Below are positions 31,774 through 40,859 of a stretch of 64,000 nt of DNA, one piece after another. The number at the start of each line of letters is the position of its first letter. Position 1 is the stretch's first letter. The stretch spans positions 908 to 64,907 of the forward strand of contig JAYTTW010000148.1 in assembly GCA_043744855.1 (NCBI GenBank). Direction: 5' to 3'. Source of the stretch: Hyphomicrobiales bacterium (GTDB lineage: Bacteria > Pseudomonadota > Alphaproteobacteria > Rhizobiales > Beijerinckiaceae). The position numbers and the translations under genes are program-made. Below the pieces are notes generated by a model. The model made no database searches. It had not been told where the DNA came from and was given only the letters and a program-made list of their open reading frames with translations.

Positions 31774-33036
31774 ATGACAGCGAAAACTTTTGGCCGCCGG
31801 GGCCTCCCGGCTTCCCAAGCGCCGAGACTGCAAATTTCACCCAGACTGCAGCTTGCGCCAGCGCGGGCCGTTAGCGCCCCTTCGTCAGAAGTCCTGGGGA
31901 ATCCGCTGCAGGAAATCTACAATCGCGACGACGCTGCCCGCCTGCTGGCGGCGATTCCATTCCTCACCGTCGGCATAATTGCAGTTCTTTACGGAATATT
32001 CTGGCTCCAGACCGCCTATGCCTTCGATGTTGATCCGGACGGAGATATCAGCGTTGAATCACTGGTCGCATTCGGCGCGAGCAGTTACGATCGCGTATTC
32101 GGCGATGGCCAATGGTGGCGCGTTTTGCTGGCGCCCCTGCTGCACGCCAGTACTTCGCACATTGCCGGCAATTGCGTTGCGCTGCTTCTGGTGGGCGTGC
32201 GCCTTGAACCGCTGATCGGGCGCGGCTGGATGCTCGCAATCTATTTCATCAGTGCACTCGGAGGCGAAGTTGGCTCCCTGATTTTCAACGCGCCGGATAT
32301 TCCTGGCGTCGGCGCTTCGGGCGCAATCACCGGAATCGTTTGCGCGCTTTATGTCGCCAGCTTTCATCCTTGCGCCCACCCCTTAGACCGGGAATCGATG
32401 CGCTGGTGGGCGCTGCGGCTGGGCGTTCCCGCGCTGGCTCCGCTGGCGTTCGGCTCCTCCGGCAGCACGGATTATTTCGCTCACGCGGGCGGCGCCATCG
32501 CTGGCGGCGCTGCGGTGTGGCTCGTTTGCGGATTCTTTCTGAGGGACCGCCATCAGCCGCTGCATTCAGGCGCCGCCATGATCGCCTCGCTTTTCATGAT
32601 TGCGCTATCCATTCTGGCCGGCGCGTTCGCCATGCGCCATTTTGAAGCCTACCGGGTGGAAGCTGCGCAATTTATGCGCTCTGCAGATGATGCAGCGCTG
32701 TCGGACGATTCCGCGTCGTCGGAGGCGGACGACGCGACGTCATCGCAGATGGTTTGGCGTTACCCTGCCGACCCGCGTGCCCAAGTGATGCGCGGCTTTT
32801 ACCTGTCTGAAAACGGGCGGTACGCAGAAGCGGAACCGGTGTTGCGGCGCGCGGCAAATCTGGCCTCAGCGTCGGGACTGCGCCGAAAATGGGGCGACGT
32901 CGCCAACGCAGGGCTGGCGCTCGTTGTATTGGAGCTGGGCCGTCGCGGGGAAGCTGTCCAGCTGGCGGCGCCGCTCTGCGCCAAGGGCAAAGCGGCGATT
33001 ATGGAGATGTTCGAAAAGTCTAAACTTTGCGATTAA
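31774..33036 (+). CDS. Rhomboid intramembrane serine protease with C-terminal TPR-like region
   Basis: WWR..LH..HIAGN, catalytic GASG, AHAGG; helical soluble C-terminus. Confidence 0.88.
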   Translation: MTAKTFGRRGLPASQAPRLQISPRLQLAPARAVSAPSSEVLGNPLQEIYNRDDAARLLAAIPFLTVGIIAVLYGIFWLQTAYAFDVDPDGDISVESLVAFGASSYDRVFGDGQWWRVLLAPLLHASTSHIAGNCVALLLVGVRLEPLIGRGWMLAIYFISALGGEVGSLIFNAPDIPGVGASGAITGIVCALYVASFHPCAHPLDRESMRWWALRLGVPALAPLAFGSSGSTDYFAHAGGAIAGGAAVWLVCGFFLRDRHQPLHSGAAMIASLFMIALSILAGAFAMRHFEAYRVEAAQFMRSADDAALSDDSASSEADDATSSQMVWRYPADPRAQVMRGFYLSENGRYAEAEPVLRRAANLASASGLRRKWGDVANAGLALVVLELGRRGEAVQLAAPLCAKGKAAIMEMFEKSKLCD

Positions 33037-33156
33037 AACGCTCCGCGCATGAATGCGAAATGAACGCCGCCCTCAGACTGTGTTAAGGTTACGCCAACTA
33101 GAAGCCGCGACAGCCCGGGCAGCAAAGCGCTTGCTTCAGGCGAGGAGGGTTTTTCG

Positions 33157-33726
33157 ATGTTTGGCGTTTCTGGCCTGAACAAGTCGGTTTTGGCGATAGC
33201 GGCAGTTTTGTTCGCAGCGGCGCCCGCTCTCGCGCAGGGGTTTCGCGGCGCGGGCGGCGATGGCGATGCGGGCCGACCGCATTTTGACCGGGGCCAGCGC
33301 CCGGCGCCGCAGCAACAGCCTGTGGCGCGGCCCGCGCCGCAGATGCAAGTACAGCCGCGGTTCGCTCCCCAGCCGCAGCGCAGTTACGCACCGCCGCAGG
33401 TGGTTCAGCCGCGTTATGCAGCGCCGCAGCAGCAACGCTTTGCGCAGCAGCCCCGCTACGCGCAGCAGCCGCAGTACCGGCAGCCGCCGCCATACAGGCA
33501 GCGCTATCGCCAAAGCGGTCCGACCTACTACCCCGTTCCGGTTCCGGTTCCGCAGCCATATTACGAACCCTACCCTGTGTACCAGCCGGCGCCGGTCTAC
33601 GGGGGTTATGACGAATATCCGTCCTACCAGCCGATCTACCGGGGCAAGCGCTGCGTCATCCGCAAGGTCTGGGTAAACACTCCCTACGGCCCGCACCGCA
33701 TTAAAAAGCGCTTCTGTCGCTGGTAG
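33157..33726 (+). CDS. Secreted Pro/Gln/Tyr/Arg-rich low-complexity protein with a C-terminal two-Cys hairpin
   Basis: AGGAGG RBS, signal peptide ending ALA, QPR(Y/F)A repeats, CVIRKVWVNTPYG...RFC, downstream terminator. Confidence 0.8.
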   Translation: MFGVSGLNKSVLAIAAVLFAAAPALAQGFRGAGGDGDAGRPHFDRGQRPAPQQQPVARPAPQMQVQPRFAPQPQRSYAPPQVVQPRYAAPQQQRFAQQPRYAQQPQYRQPPPYRQRYRQSGPTYYPVPVPVPQPYYEPYPVYQPAPVYGGYDEYPSYQPIYRGKRCVIRKVWVNTPYGPHRIKKRFCRW

Positions 33727-33740
33727 AGCCAAACTGAAAC

Positions 33741-33777
33741 AGCGGGCCGGTCCACACGGACCGACCCGTTTTGTTTT
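33741..33777 (+). terminator. Rho-independent terminator
   Basis: GCGGGCCGGTCC-acac-GGACCGACCCGT followed by TTTGTTTT. Confidence 0.75.
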
Positions 33778-33801
33778 CGATAGCTGCTATATGAATCACG
33801 C

Positions 33802-34569
33802 TCACTGAACTGCCAGAATTGCATCGCCCCGGTGCAAGGCAGCAGCGCGCGCGGTAAACCCACCGCTGGCCTCATGCAGGATCAGGCCGGGCAACAGGCG
33901 CGGTCGTGCCCGGCTGCCTTTGCGCCCGACGCACAACAGCCGGCTGGCGGCGGCGCTGTCGCGCGAATGCACCGGCAATATCGCCAGATCGCCAAAGCGT
34001 TTGTTGCAGCCGGCGAGCAGGTCGCTCAAATCCTCGCCGCGCACGATCATCGCCATGCGGGCGTCGGCGCGGGCCAACGCCGCCAGCGCCCGAATCCACG
34101 CTTCAAGCCCGCCGGGGCCGCTCACATGCGCCAGCGCCCGGCGCAGGTCCGGCGACAACCTTGCGCGCGAGGCTTGCTGCCACGGTGGATTGCTGATCAA
34201 CACGTCGGCGCAGCCGTCTTCCAGCCCTGCTGCGCGACGTCCGGCTGGCGAAAGCAGATCGGCCTCAACAACGTCAACCCGGGCCGCCAAGCCATTCAGA
34301 TCGATATTGCTGCGCGCCAGGGTCGCGCTTGCCGGGTCGATTTCGATCAGGGTCACGCGCAGCGCCGGCGCGCGTAACGCCAGCATCAACCCCGCCGCGC
34401 CAACGCCAGCCCCAGCATCGACGGCAAAACCTTCTGGCGCAGCAAGTGTCGCCGCCAGCAGCACGGCATCGGTGCCAACCCGATGTCCGTCGGCGGTTTG
34501 TCGCAGGCGCAATCGCCCATCGAGAAACGCGTCGACATCTGCGCCAGTTGCGCCCGCGCCCTCAACCAC
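33802..34569 (-). CDS. SAM-dependent methyltransferase (tRNA1(Val) A37 N6-methyltransferase-like)
   Basis: GHRVGTDAVLLA, DAGAGVGAAG, SNPPW. Confidence 0.85.
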   Translation of the reverse strand: MVEGAGATGADVDAFLDGRLRLRQTADGHRVGTDAVLLAATLAAPEGFAVDAGAGVGAAGLMLALRAPALRVTLIEIDPASATLARSNIDLNGLAARVDVVEADLLSPAGRRAAGLEDGCADVLISNPPWQQASRARLSPDLRRALAHVSGPGGLEAWIRALAALARADARMAMIVRGEDLSDLLAGCNKRFGDLAILPVHSRDSAAASRLLCVGRKGSRARPRLLPGLILHEASGGFTARAAALHRGDAILAVQ

Positions 34570-34798
34570 GGGCTTTTTCCGGGCTCAGCTCATGGCCGAA
34601 CCCTGCATCGGTCATCAGCCGCCGGGCGCGCCACGTGTCATCGGCATGGGTCATCAGCCGACGTGGCAGAAAGCCGACAGATCCTTCGAGCGCGCTCATG
34701 TAGGCGTCAGCGACAAAATATCGCACGTTGTCGTCTTTCAGCATCGCCTCGACGAGCGAGATCAGCACGAGATCGTTGGTTCGCATCAATTCTTCCAT
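34562..34798 (-). CDS. DUF2007 domain protein
   Basis: RTNDLVLIS...DAYMSALEGSVGFLPRR; overlaps the methyltransferase start. Confidence 0.82.
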   Translation of the reverse strand: MEELMRTNDLVLISLVEAMLKDDNVRYFVADAYMSALEGSVGFLPRRLMTHADDTWRARRLMTDAGFGHELSPEKARG

Positions 34799-34908
34799 GC
34801 AGGAATTTCGCATTAAGGCAAAAACCGCGCAAGCGTGGCGCCCCGCCGCCTTGCGGCCCCGCCGACGCGTCAATAGGATTGCTTTCTGCTTTGGCAAAAG
34901 GAAACACC

Positions 34909-35919
34909 GTGGGCGTCGTTGTTCCGCTCGACGATAAGGCGAATTCCGGCATCGAGGGTCTTGTCGCCCTCGTCGCCGCCGACATGGCGCGCGTCAACCA
35001 GACAATCCTTGCGCGCACCGGCTCCGACGTCAGCATGATTCCGGAAGTCGCCACCCACCTCATTTCCTCTGGCGGCAAGCGCCTGCGGCCGATGCTGACC
35101 CTCGCCACGGCGCGGCTCTGCGGCTATCGCGGCGAAGGTCACGTCAAGCTGGCGGCGTCGGTCGAGTTCATGCACACGGCGACCCTGCTGCACGACGATG
35201 TTGTCGACCAGAGCGACATGCGGCGCGGCAAAGCGGCGGCGCGAAAGCTGTGGGGCAACGAGGCCAGCGTGCTCGTCGGCGATTTCCTGCTTGGCCAGGC
35301 CTTCAGGATGATGGTCGAGGTCGGCTCGCTGCCGTGCCTCGATGTGCTCTCCACCGCCGCCGCAGTCATCGCCGAGGGCGAAGTCATGCAGCTCTCCGCC
35401 GCCAAGAACACCGAGACGACGGAAGATGAATATCTGGCGGTCATACGCGCCAAAACGGCGGCGCTGTTCGCGGCGGCGAGCGAAATGGGCCCGATTCTGG
35501 CAGCCCGTCCGAAAGCCGAAATCGCGGCCTGCCGCAGCTACGGCTCAAACCTCGGCATCGCCTTCCAATTGATAGACGACGCGCTCGACTACGGCGGCTC
35601 GACCGCCAAGCTCGGCAAGAATGTCGGCGACGATTTTCGCGAGGGAAAAATCACTTTGCCGGTGGTGCTTTCGTTCCGCCGCGGCGCAGAAGCCGACCGC
35701 GCATTCTGGCGCCGGACCCTTGAGCAAAGCGAAATTCGCGAGGGTGACCTCGAAGCGGCCCAGGCGATCATGCGACGCCATCGCGCGCTGGAGGATACGA
35801 TTGAGCGGGCCCGCCATTACGGCGCCATGGCGCGCGATGCGCTGGAGCTGTTTCCCGCTTCGGCGTCGAAAAAAGCCCTGCTCGACGTGGTTGGCTTTTG
35901 CGTCAGCCGGGCCTATTAA
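34909..35919 (+). CDS. ispB: Polyprenyl diphosphate synthase (IspB-type)
   Basis: GGKRLRP, LHDDVVD, FQLIDDALD, GDDFREGK; GTG start after AAGGA. Confidence 0.92.
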   Translation: MGVVVPLDDKANSGIEGLVALVAADMARVNQTILARTGSDVSMIPEVATHLISSGGKRLRPMLTLATARLCGYRGEGHVKLAASVEFMHTATLLHDDVVDQSDMRRGKAAARKLWGNEASVLVGDFLLGQAFRMMVEVGSLPCLDVLSTAAAVIAEGEVMQLSAAKNTETTEDEYLAVIRAKTAALFAAASEMGPILAARPKAEIAACRSYGSNLGIAFQLIDDALDYGGSTAKLGKNVGDDFREGKITLPVVLSFRRGAEADRAFWRRTLEQSEIREGDLEAAQAIMRRHRALEDTIERARHYGAMARDALELFPASASKKALLDVVGFCVSRAY

Positions 35920-36029
35920 GCCCGACTTTAGGGATGGTGCGCCGCCAGCCATTTAGTTAAGGCTTATTGTCATAACAACTTCATATCTTGCGTCCCTTGT
36001 GTCGCAGGATCAATAATCGAGTCGTGCCA

Positions 36030-36851
36030 ATGAGCGTTGCCAACGAACCACCCGTAAATCCTAAATCTGCGGACGCTGAAACCGAAACCGACGAAACGGT
36101 CACCGTCATTGCCGCAGACGATGACGTTCTGGATGCCGTAGACGCGCCGCTCAAACGTCAATCGCGCCGGATTGCGTCAGCCATCAGCGGTCGAAAGTTT
36201 CGCAAGCGCGATCTTGTCAGCGTTGACCAATTGCGTCCCAGCCTCGCCGACCGCATCCGCGCCGATTATCCCGACTTGCCGGCGGACGCCAAAATCAGCC
36301 ATCGAGAGCTGGCGCGCTATCGCATGATTTACGTCGAGGAGTTGCTGCAGACCGAACATGGCGAATTCAACGAACTTGACCGGCAGGTAGCCGAATCCAT
36401 CGCCAAGCAGGACACCATTGCCGAGGATACGGAAGCCGAGTTCAGCGAAAAGCGCACCTTCGGGGAGATGCTTTCTGACCATCTCGCCAGCTTCGGTGGA
36501 TCGTGGCCGTTCCTGATCTGGTTCGGCGTCGTCCTTGTCATCTGGATGGCGCTCAACATTTACGAGGGCGAGACGAAGGCGTTCGATCCCTATCCATTCA
36601 TTCTGCTCAACCTTGTGCTTTCCTGCATTGCCGCGATCCAGGCGCCGATCATCATGATGAGCCAGAAAAGACAGGAGACGAAGGACCGGTTGCGCGCCAA
36701 CAACGACTATCGCGTCAACCTGAAAGCCGAACTCGAAATTCGCCATTTGCACGAGAAAATTGACTATCTCATTTCAAAACAATGGCAACGCCTGGCCGAA
36801 ATCCAGCAGATGCAACTGGAAATCATGCAGGAGCGCGCGCCAAACAAGTAG
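36030..36851 (+). CDS. DUF1003 domain membrane protein
   Basis: FGGSW, FDPYPFILLNL, QAPIIMMSQ, NLKAELEI. Confidence 0.9.
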   Translation: MSVANEPPVNPKSADAETETDETVTVIAADDDVLDAVDAPLKRQSRRIASAISGRKFRKRDLVSVDQLRPSLADRIRADYPDLPADAKISHRELARYRMIYVEELLQTEHGEFNELDRQVAESIAKQDTIAEDTEAEFSEKRTFGEMLSDHLASFGGSWPFLIWFGVVLVIWMALNIYEGETKAFDPYPFILLNLVLSCIAAIQAPIIMMSQKRQETKDRLRANNDYRVNLKAELEIRHLHEKIDYLISKQWQRLAEIQQMQLEIMQERAPNK

Positions 36852-36976
36852 CCGGCTGGCAATTGGGAGTTTGGGGCTGCCCAAAGCCAGTTTCGACCCT
36901 TGTGTGCACCGCACATCAGGTCTATATGCCCGCCCTGCGGCCGCCGTTTTGTGCGGTTTAACCAGGCGCCCCCTCC

Positions 36977-38953
36977 ATGACGACCGGTTCTGACGGGCTC
37001 AACGCTTCCAGCGGTGTGGTGTCAACGCTGCCTGCACAACCTCTCCCCCCAACCGCTGCGTCTCAACCAGTGGAGAAGCCGGTTCCAACTCCCGCCCAAA
37101 CGCGTTTCTGGACGCTGCTCGTCGGCGCCATCGGGGTTGTCTTCGGCGACATCGGCACCAGCCCGCTGTACGCCTTCCGCGAAGCGGTGCTGGCGGCGGG
37201 CGGCACGCGCGAAGCGATCGCCCATGATGTCATTTTCGGCATTGTCTCGCTGATCGTCTGGGCGCTCGTCATTGTTGTGACCTGCAAATACGTGATGATC
37301 CTGTTGCGCGCCGACAATCAGGGGGAAGGCGGCACCCTGTCACTGATGGCGCTGGCGCAACGAGCCATGGGGAAGCCGACACGCCTCATATTTCTGCTGG
37401 GCGCTGCCGGCGCGGCGCTGTTCTTCGGCGACGCCATGATCACGCCGGCGATTTCGGTGCTTTCTGCGGTCGAAGGCCTCAAGCTTGTCGAGCCGCGCCT
37501 CGACCCCTTCGTGCTGCCGATGACGGTGGTGATCATCCTCGGCCTTTTCGCTGCCCAAAGCCGCGGCACGGCGCGCGTCGCCGCGTGGTTTGGCCCGATC
37601 ATGCTGGTGTGGCTCGTCATCATGTCGGTTGGCGGAATCATGCAAATCGCCACCCAGCCGACCATTCTGCTGGCGCTGCTGCCCACCTACGCCATCGGCT
37701 TTTTAGCTAGCCACGGGGTTATTGGCGTGATTTCGTTAGGCGCGGTGTTTCTGGCGGTGACTGGCGCGGAAGCCCTTTATGCTGACCTCGGCCACTTTGG
37801 TCGGCGGCCCATCCAGCTTGGCTGGACCGTCATCGTTTTCCCTGCGCTGGTTATCAACTATCTCGGCCAGGGGGCGCTCGTCATGACCGACCCCAACGCC
37901 CTGGAAAATCCGTTTTTTCGCTTGTTTCCGGAATGGGCGCTGCTGCCTGTCGTTATCGCCGCGACGCTCGCCACCATCATCGCCAGTCAGGCTGTCATCA
38001 CCGGCGCTTATTCGCTGACCAGCCAAGCCATCCAGTTGCGCCTGTTGCCGCGCATGGAAATCCGCCACACCTCGGAATCCGAGGAAGGTCAGATTTATAT
38101 CCCTCAAGTGAACATCCTGTTGCTGATTGGCGTGCTTATGCTGGTCGCCACTTTCGGATCCTCCGACAAGCTGGCGACCGCCTATGGCATCGCGGTCACC
38201 GGCACAATGGTGGTCACGGCCTGCCTGGCGTTTATTGTGGTGTGGAAACATTGGGGTTGGTCGCTGCCGGCGGCGGCGCTTCTGATTGCGCCGTTCCTGC
38301 TGATCGATCTGGTCTTCCTTGGCGCCAACTCGGTCAAGATTTTTGAGGGCGGTTATGTGCCGCTGATGATCGCCGCCGGCTTCATGATCGTCATGTGGAC
38401 TTGGACGCGCGGCGCCCGTGTGCTGGCCGAGAAAACCCGTCGCGACGACGTGCCGTTGCTGGACCTTATCCACTCGCTTGAAAAGAAGCCGCCGCACACG
38501 GTTCCCGGCGCCGCCGTGTTTCTCACCAGCGAGCCGCAAACAACACCCGGCGCGTTGTTGCACAGCCTCAAGCACTATAAGGTGCTGCACGAAAAAAACG
38601 TGATGTTGACGGTCGTCTCGCTCAATGTGCCGCGTGTCCCGGTTTCCGAACGCGTCAAGATGACGCCGATCAGCGAAAAATTCAGCTCCATCACCATTTT
38701 CCTTGGCTACATGGATGAACCCAATGTGCCCAAGGCGCTGCTGCAATGTCGCAAGCTGGGCTGGAAGTTCGACATCATGTCGACCTCGTTCTTCCTGTCG
38801 CGCCGCGCCATCCGCATCGCTGCCACGAGCCAGATGCCGTATTGGCAGGACAAGCTTTTCATCTTGCTGGCGCGCAACGCCAGCGACGCCAGCGCCTACT
38901 TTCATATTCCGACCGGACGCACCGTCGAGATTGGCGCGCAAATCACCATTTGA
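36977..38953 (+). CDS. kup: Potassium transporter Kup
   Basis: [45 protein letters not shown]. Confidence 0.96.
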   Translation: MTTGSDGLNASSGVVSTLPAQPLPPTAASQPVEKPVPTPAQTRFWTLLVGAIGVVFGDIGTSPLYAFREAVLAAGGTREAIAHDVIFGIVSLIVWALVIVVTCKYVMILLRADNQGEGGTLSLMALAQRAMGKPTRLIFLLGAAGAALFFGDAMITPAISVLSAVEGLKLVEPRLDPFVLPMTVVIILGLFAAQSRGTARVAAWFGPIMLVWLVIMSVGGIMQIATQPTILLALLPTYAIGFLASHGVIGVISLGAVFLAVTGAEALYADLGHFGRRPIQLGWTVIVFPALVINYLGQGALVMTDPNALENPFFRLFPEWALLPVVIAATLATIIASQAVITGAYSLTSQAIQLRLLPRMEIRHTSESEEGQIYIPQVNILLLIGVLMLVATFGSSDKLATAYGIAVTGTMVVTACLAFIVVWKHWGWSLPAAALLIAPFLLIDLVFLGANSVKIFEGGYVPLMIAAGFMIVMWTWTRGARVLAEKTRRDDVPLLDLIHSLEKKPPHTVPGAAVFLTSEPQTTPGALLHSLKHYKVLHEKNVMLTVVSLNVPRVPVSERVKMTPISEKFSSITIFLGYMDEPNVPKALLQCRKLGWKFDIMSTSFFLSRRAIRIAATSQMPYWQDKLFILLARNASDASAYFHIPTGRTVEIGAQITI

Positions 38954-39003
38954 CGTCGCCTCGCAGCGCCCCTCACTCTGGGTGCAACCTGGGGGCGGCG
39001 ACC

Positions 39004-39720
39004 ATGACCACACGACAGCACACCTTCGTACTCGTTCACGGCGCCTGGCATGGCGGTTGGTGCTGGCGTCGCGTCGCCGACCTGTTGCAGGCGCAAGGCC
39101 ACAAGGTTTTCACGCCGACGTTGACCGGCCTTGCCGACCGCTCGCATCTGCTCAACGCGTCGATTGATCTCGACACGCACATCGCGGACATCGTCAATCT
39201 CTTCGAGTGGGAAAATCTGGCGCAGGCTGTGCTTGTCGGCCATTCCTATGGCGGCTGGCCGATCTCTGGCGCCATCGAGAAGCTTGAACAACGGGTTTGC
39301 TCGATTGTTTATCTCGACGCGTTCTTGCCGCAGGACGGAGAGCGTGGCGTCGATCTGCAACTGCCTGAAAATCGCGACGCGTTGCTCGCCATGCAGGCGC
39401 GCGGCGAGTTCAGCCGGCCTATCCCGAAGGCTGCGTCGTTTCACGTCGCCGATCCCGCCGACGCGGCCTGGGTCGACGCGCGCATGACGCGTCAGCCGCT
39501 TGGCGTCGCCTTGCAACCCATCCGCCTGACCGGCGCGCGCGAACGGGCGGCGCGTCGCACCTACATTCGCACGACGCTTTCACCGAGCCCGCTGTTCGAC
39601 CGCTTCGCCAGCGAATTGCGCGGCCGCGAAGGCTGGCGTGTCTATGACGAGCGCTGCGGTCACGACATGATGGTCGACCAGCCGCAGCGCCTCGCGCAAA
39701 TTCTTTGTGAAGTCGCATAG
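39004..39720 (+). CDS. Alpha/beta hydrolase (methylesterase-like)
   Basis: VLVHGAWHGGWCW, GHSYGG, GHDMM. Confidence 0.9.
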   Translation: MTTRQHTFVLVHGAWHGGWCWRRVADLLQAQGHKVFTPTLTGLADRSHLLNASIDLDTHIADIVNLFEWENLAQAVLVGHSYGGWPISGAIEKLEQRVCSIVYLDAFLPQDGERGVDLQLPENRDALLAMQARGEFSRPIPKAASFHVADPADAAWVDARMTRQPLGVALQPIRLTGARERAARRTYIRTTLSPSPLFDRFASELRGREGWRVYDERCGHDMMVDQPQRLAQILCEVA

Positions 39721-39821
39721 AGCGTGATCCCGAAAAGTGGACGCCGGTTTTCGGAAAAGATCCTGCTTAATCATACAGCTGGCGTGCGACGACGATTCGA
39801 AGAAGCGTCATCGCGCGCCAG
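39718..39821 (+). repeat. Rhizobiales palindromic intergenic element (RIME/Bru-RS-like, about 104 bp, two hairpins)
   Basis: TAGAGCGTGATCCCGAAAAGTGGACGCCGGTTTTCGGAAAAGATCCTGCT plus second hairpin CTGGCGTGCGACGACG..CGTCATCGCGCGCCAG. Family assignment from recall. Confidence 0.8.
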
Positions 39822-39870
39822 TCGCGAAAACGTCGTTTGCAAAAGCCATTCAACCTTGCCGCCATACGCG

Positions 39871-40737
39871 CTAACGCAACACGGTCGCGCACACCCACCA
39901 ACCCGCGTGAGCGCGGCGAACGGTTTTGGCGGCGGTAAGCGCGCCATGTCGGGTTTCGAACAGACCATAACAAGTGGCGCCCGATCCCGACATGCGCGTC
40001 AGTTTGCAGCCGCGCGCGGCGCCGATGGCGGCGAGAACATCGACGATGACTGACGCCAGCACTCCGGCGGGGTCTTCCAGATCGTTTCGAGCGTTGCGCA
40101 GCAGGCTCGCAAGGGCCGCGAATGCAACGCCGGAAGCGATGACGGGATGCGGCGAAAATCCGTGCGTTTGGCCCGGCGCCAGCGCCAACTTCGCAAAGAC
40201 ACTGTGGGTCGGCAGCGCGATCTGCGGATTGACGAGCATCGCATAGAGCGGTGGCAGTCGCACAGGCTCGCCAAGCTCATCGCCAACGCCACGCATGACG
40301 CGGGCGCGATTGCCGAGACACACCGGGACATCAGCGCCGGTGGCGCGCGCCGCCTCAAACAGTCGTGCGTCATCGGCCGCCATGCCGGTGGCGCGCGCCA
40401 GCAGACGCAACGCCGCGCCGGCGTCCGCCGAGCCACCGCCGACGCCCGCCGCAACCGGCAATCGCTTGGTCAAATGAAACGCGCCGACGCGCAAACCTTC
40501 GACGCGCTGTTGCAAATGTCGCGCCGCGCGTAAAACCAGATTGTCGTCGTCCGCGCCAGCCGCTTCGGCGCCCGGCCCCTCGACCGCAAGCGTCAAGGTA
40601 GGGCCCGGCGACAATGTTAATGTATCGGCGACGCCAGCGAACGCGACAAGACTTTCAATTTCATGCCAGCCATCCTCGCGCCGTCGCGGCACGTGCAGGG
40701 TGAGGTTGATTTTTGCGCGGGCGCGCTCGATCCACAT
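39871..40737 (-). CDS. ispE: 4-diphosphocytidyl-2-C-methyl-D-erythritol kinase
   Basis: AKINLTL, KRLPVAAGVGGGSADA, GADVP, RMSGSGATC. Confidence 0.96.
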   Translation of the reverse strand: MWIERARAKINLTLHVPRRREDGWHEIESLVAFAGVADTLTLSPGPTLTLAVEGPGAEAAGADDDNLVLRAARHLQQRVEGLRVGAFHLTKRLPVAAGVGGGSADAGAALRLLARATGMAADDARLFEAARATGADVPVCLGNRARVMRGVGDELGEPVRLPPLYAMLVNPQIALPTHSVFAKLALAPGQTHGFSPHPVIASGVAFAALASLLRNARNDLEDPAGVLASVIVDVLAAIGAARGCKLTRMSGSGATCYGLFETRHGALTAAKTVRRAHAGWWVCATVLR

Positions 40738-40859
40738 CGCGTCGTTCGCCCTTATTCAGCCTGTCCGTTGCGCAACGCTTGTTGGGTCATCGGCGACACG
40801 ATCTGCTGCTGCGCGGGTTCAACCATGCGATGCCATGCGGGGACATGCATGGTCGCGCC

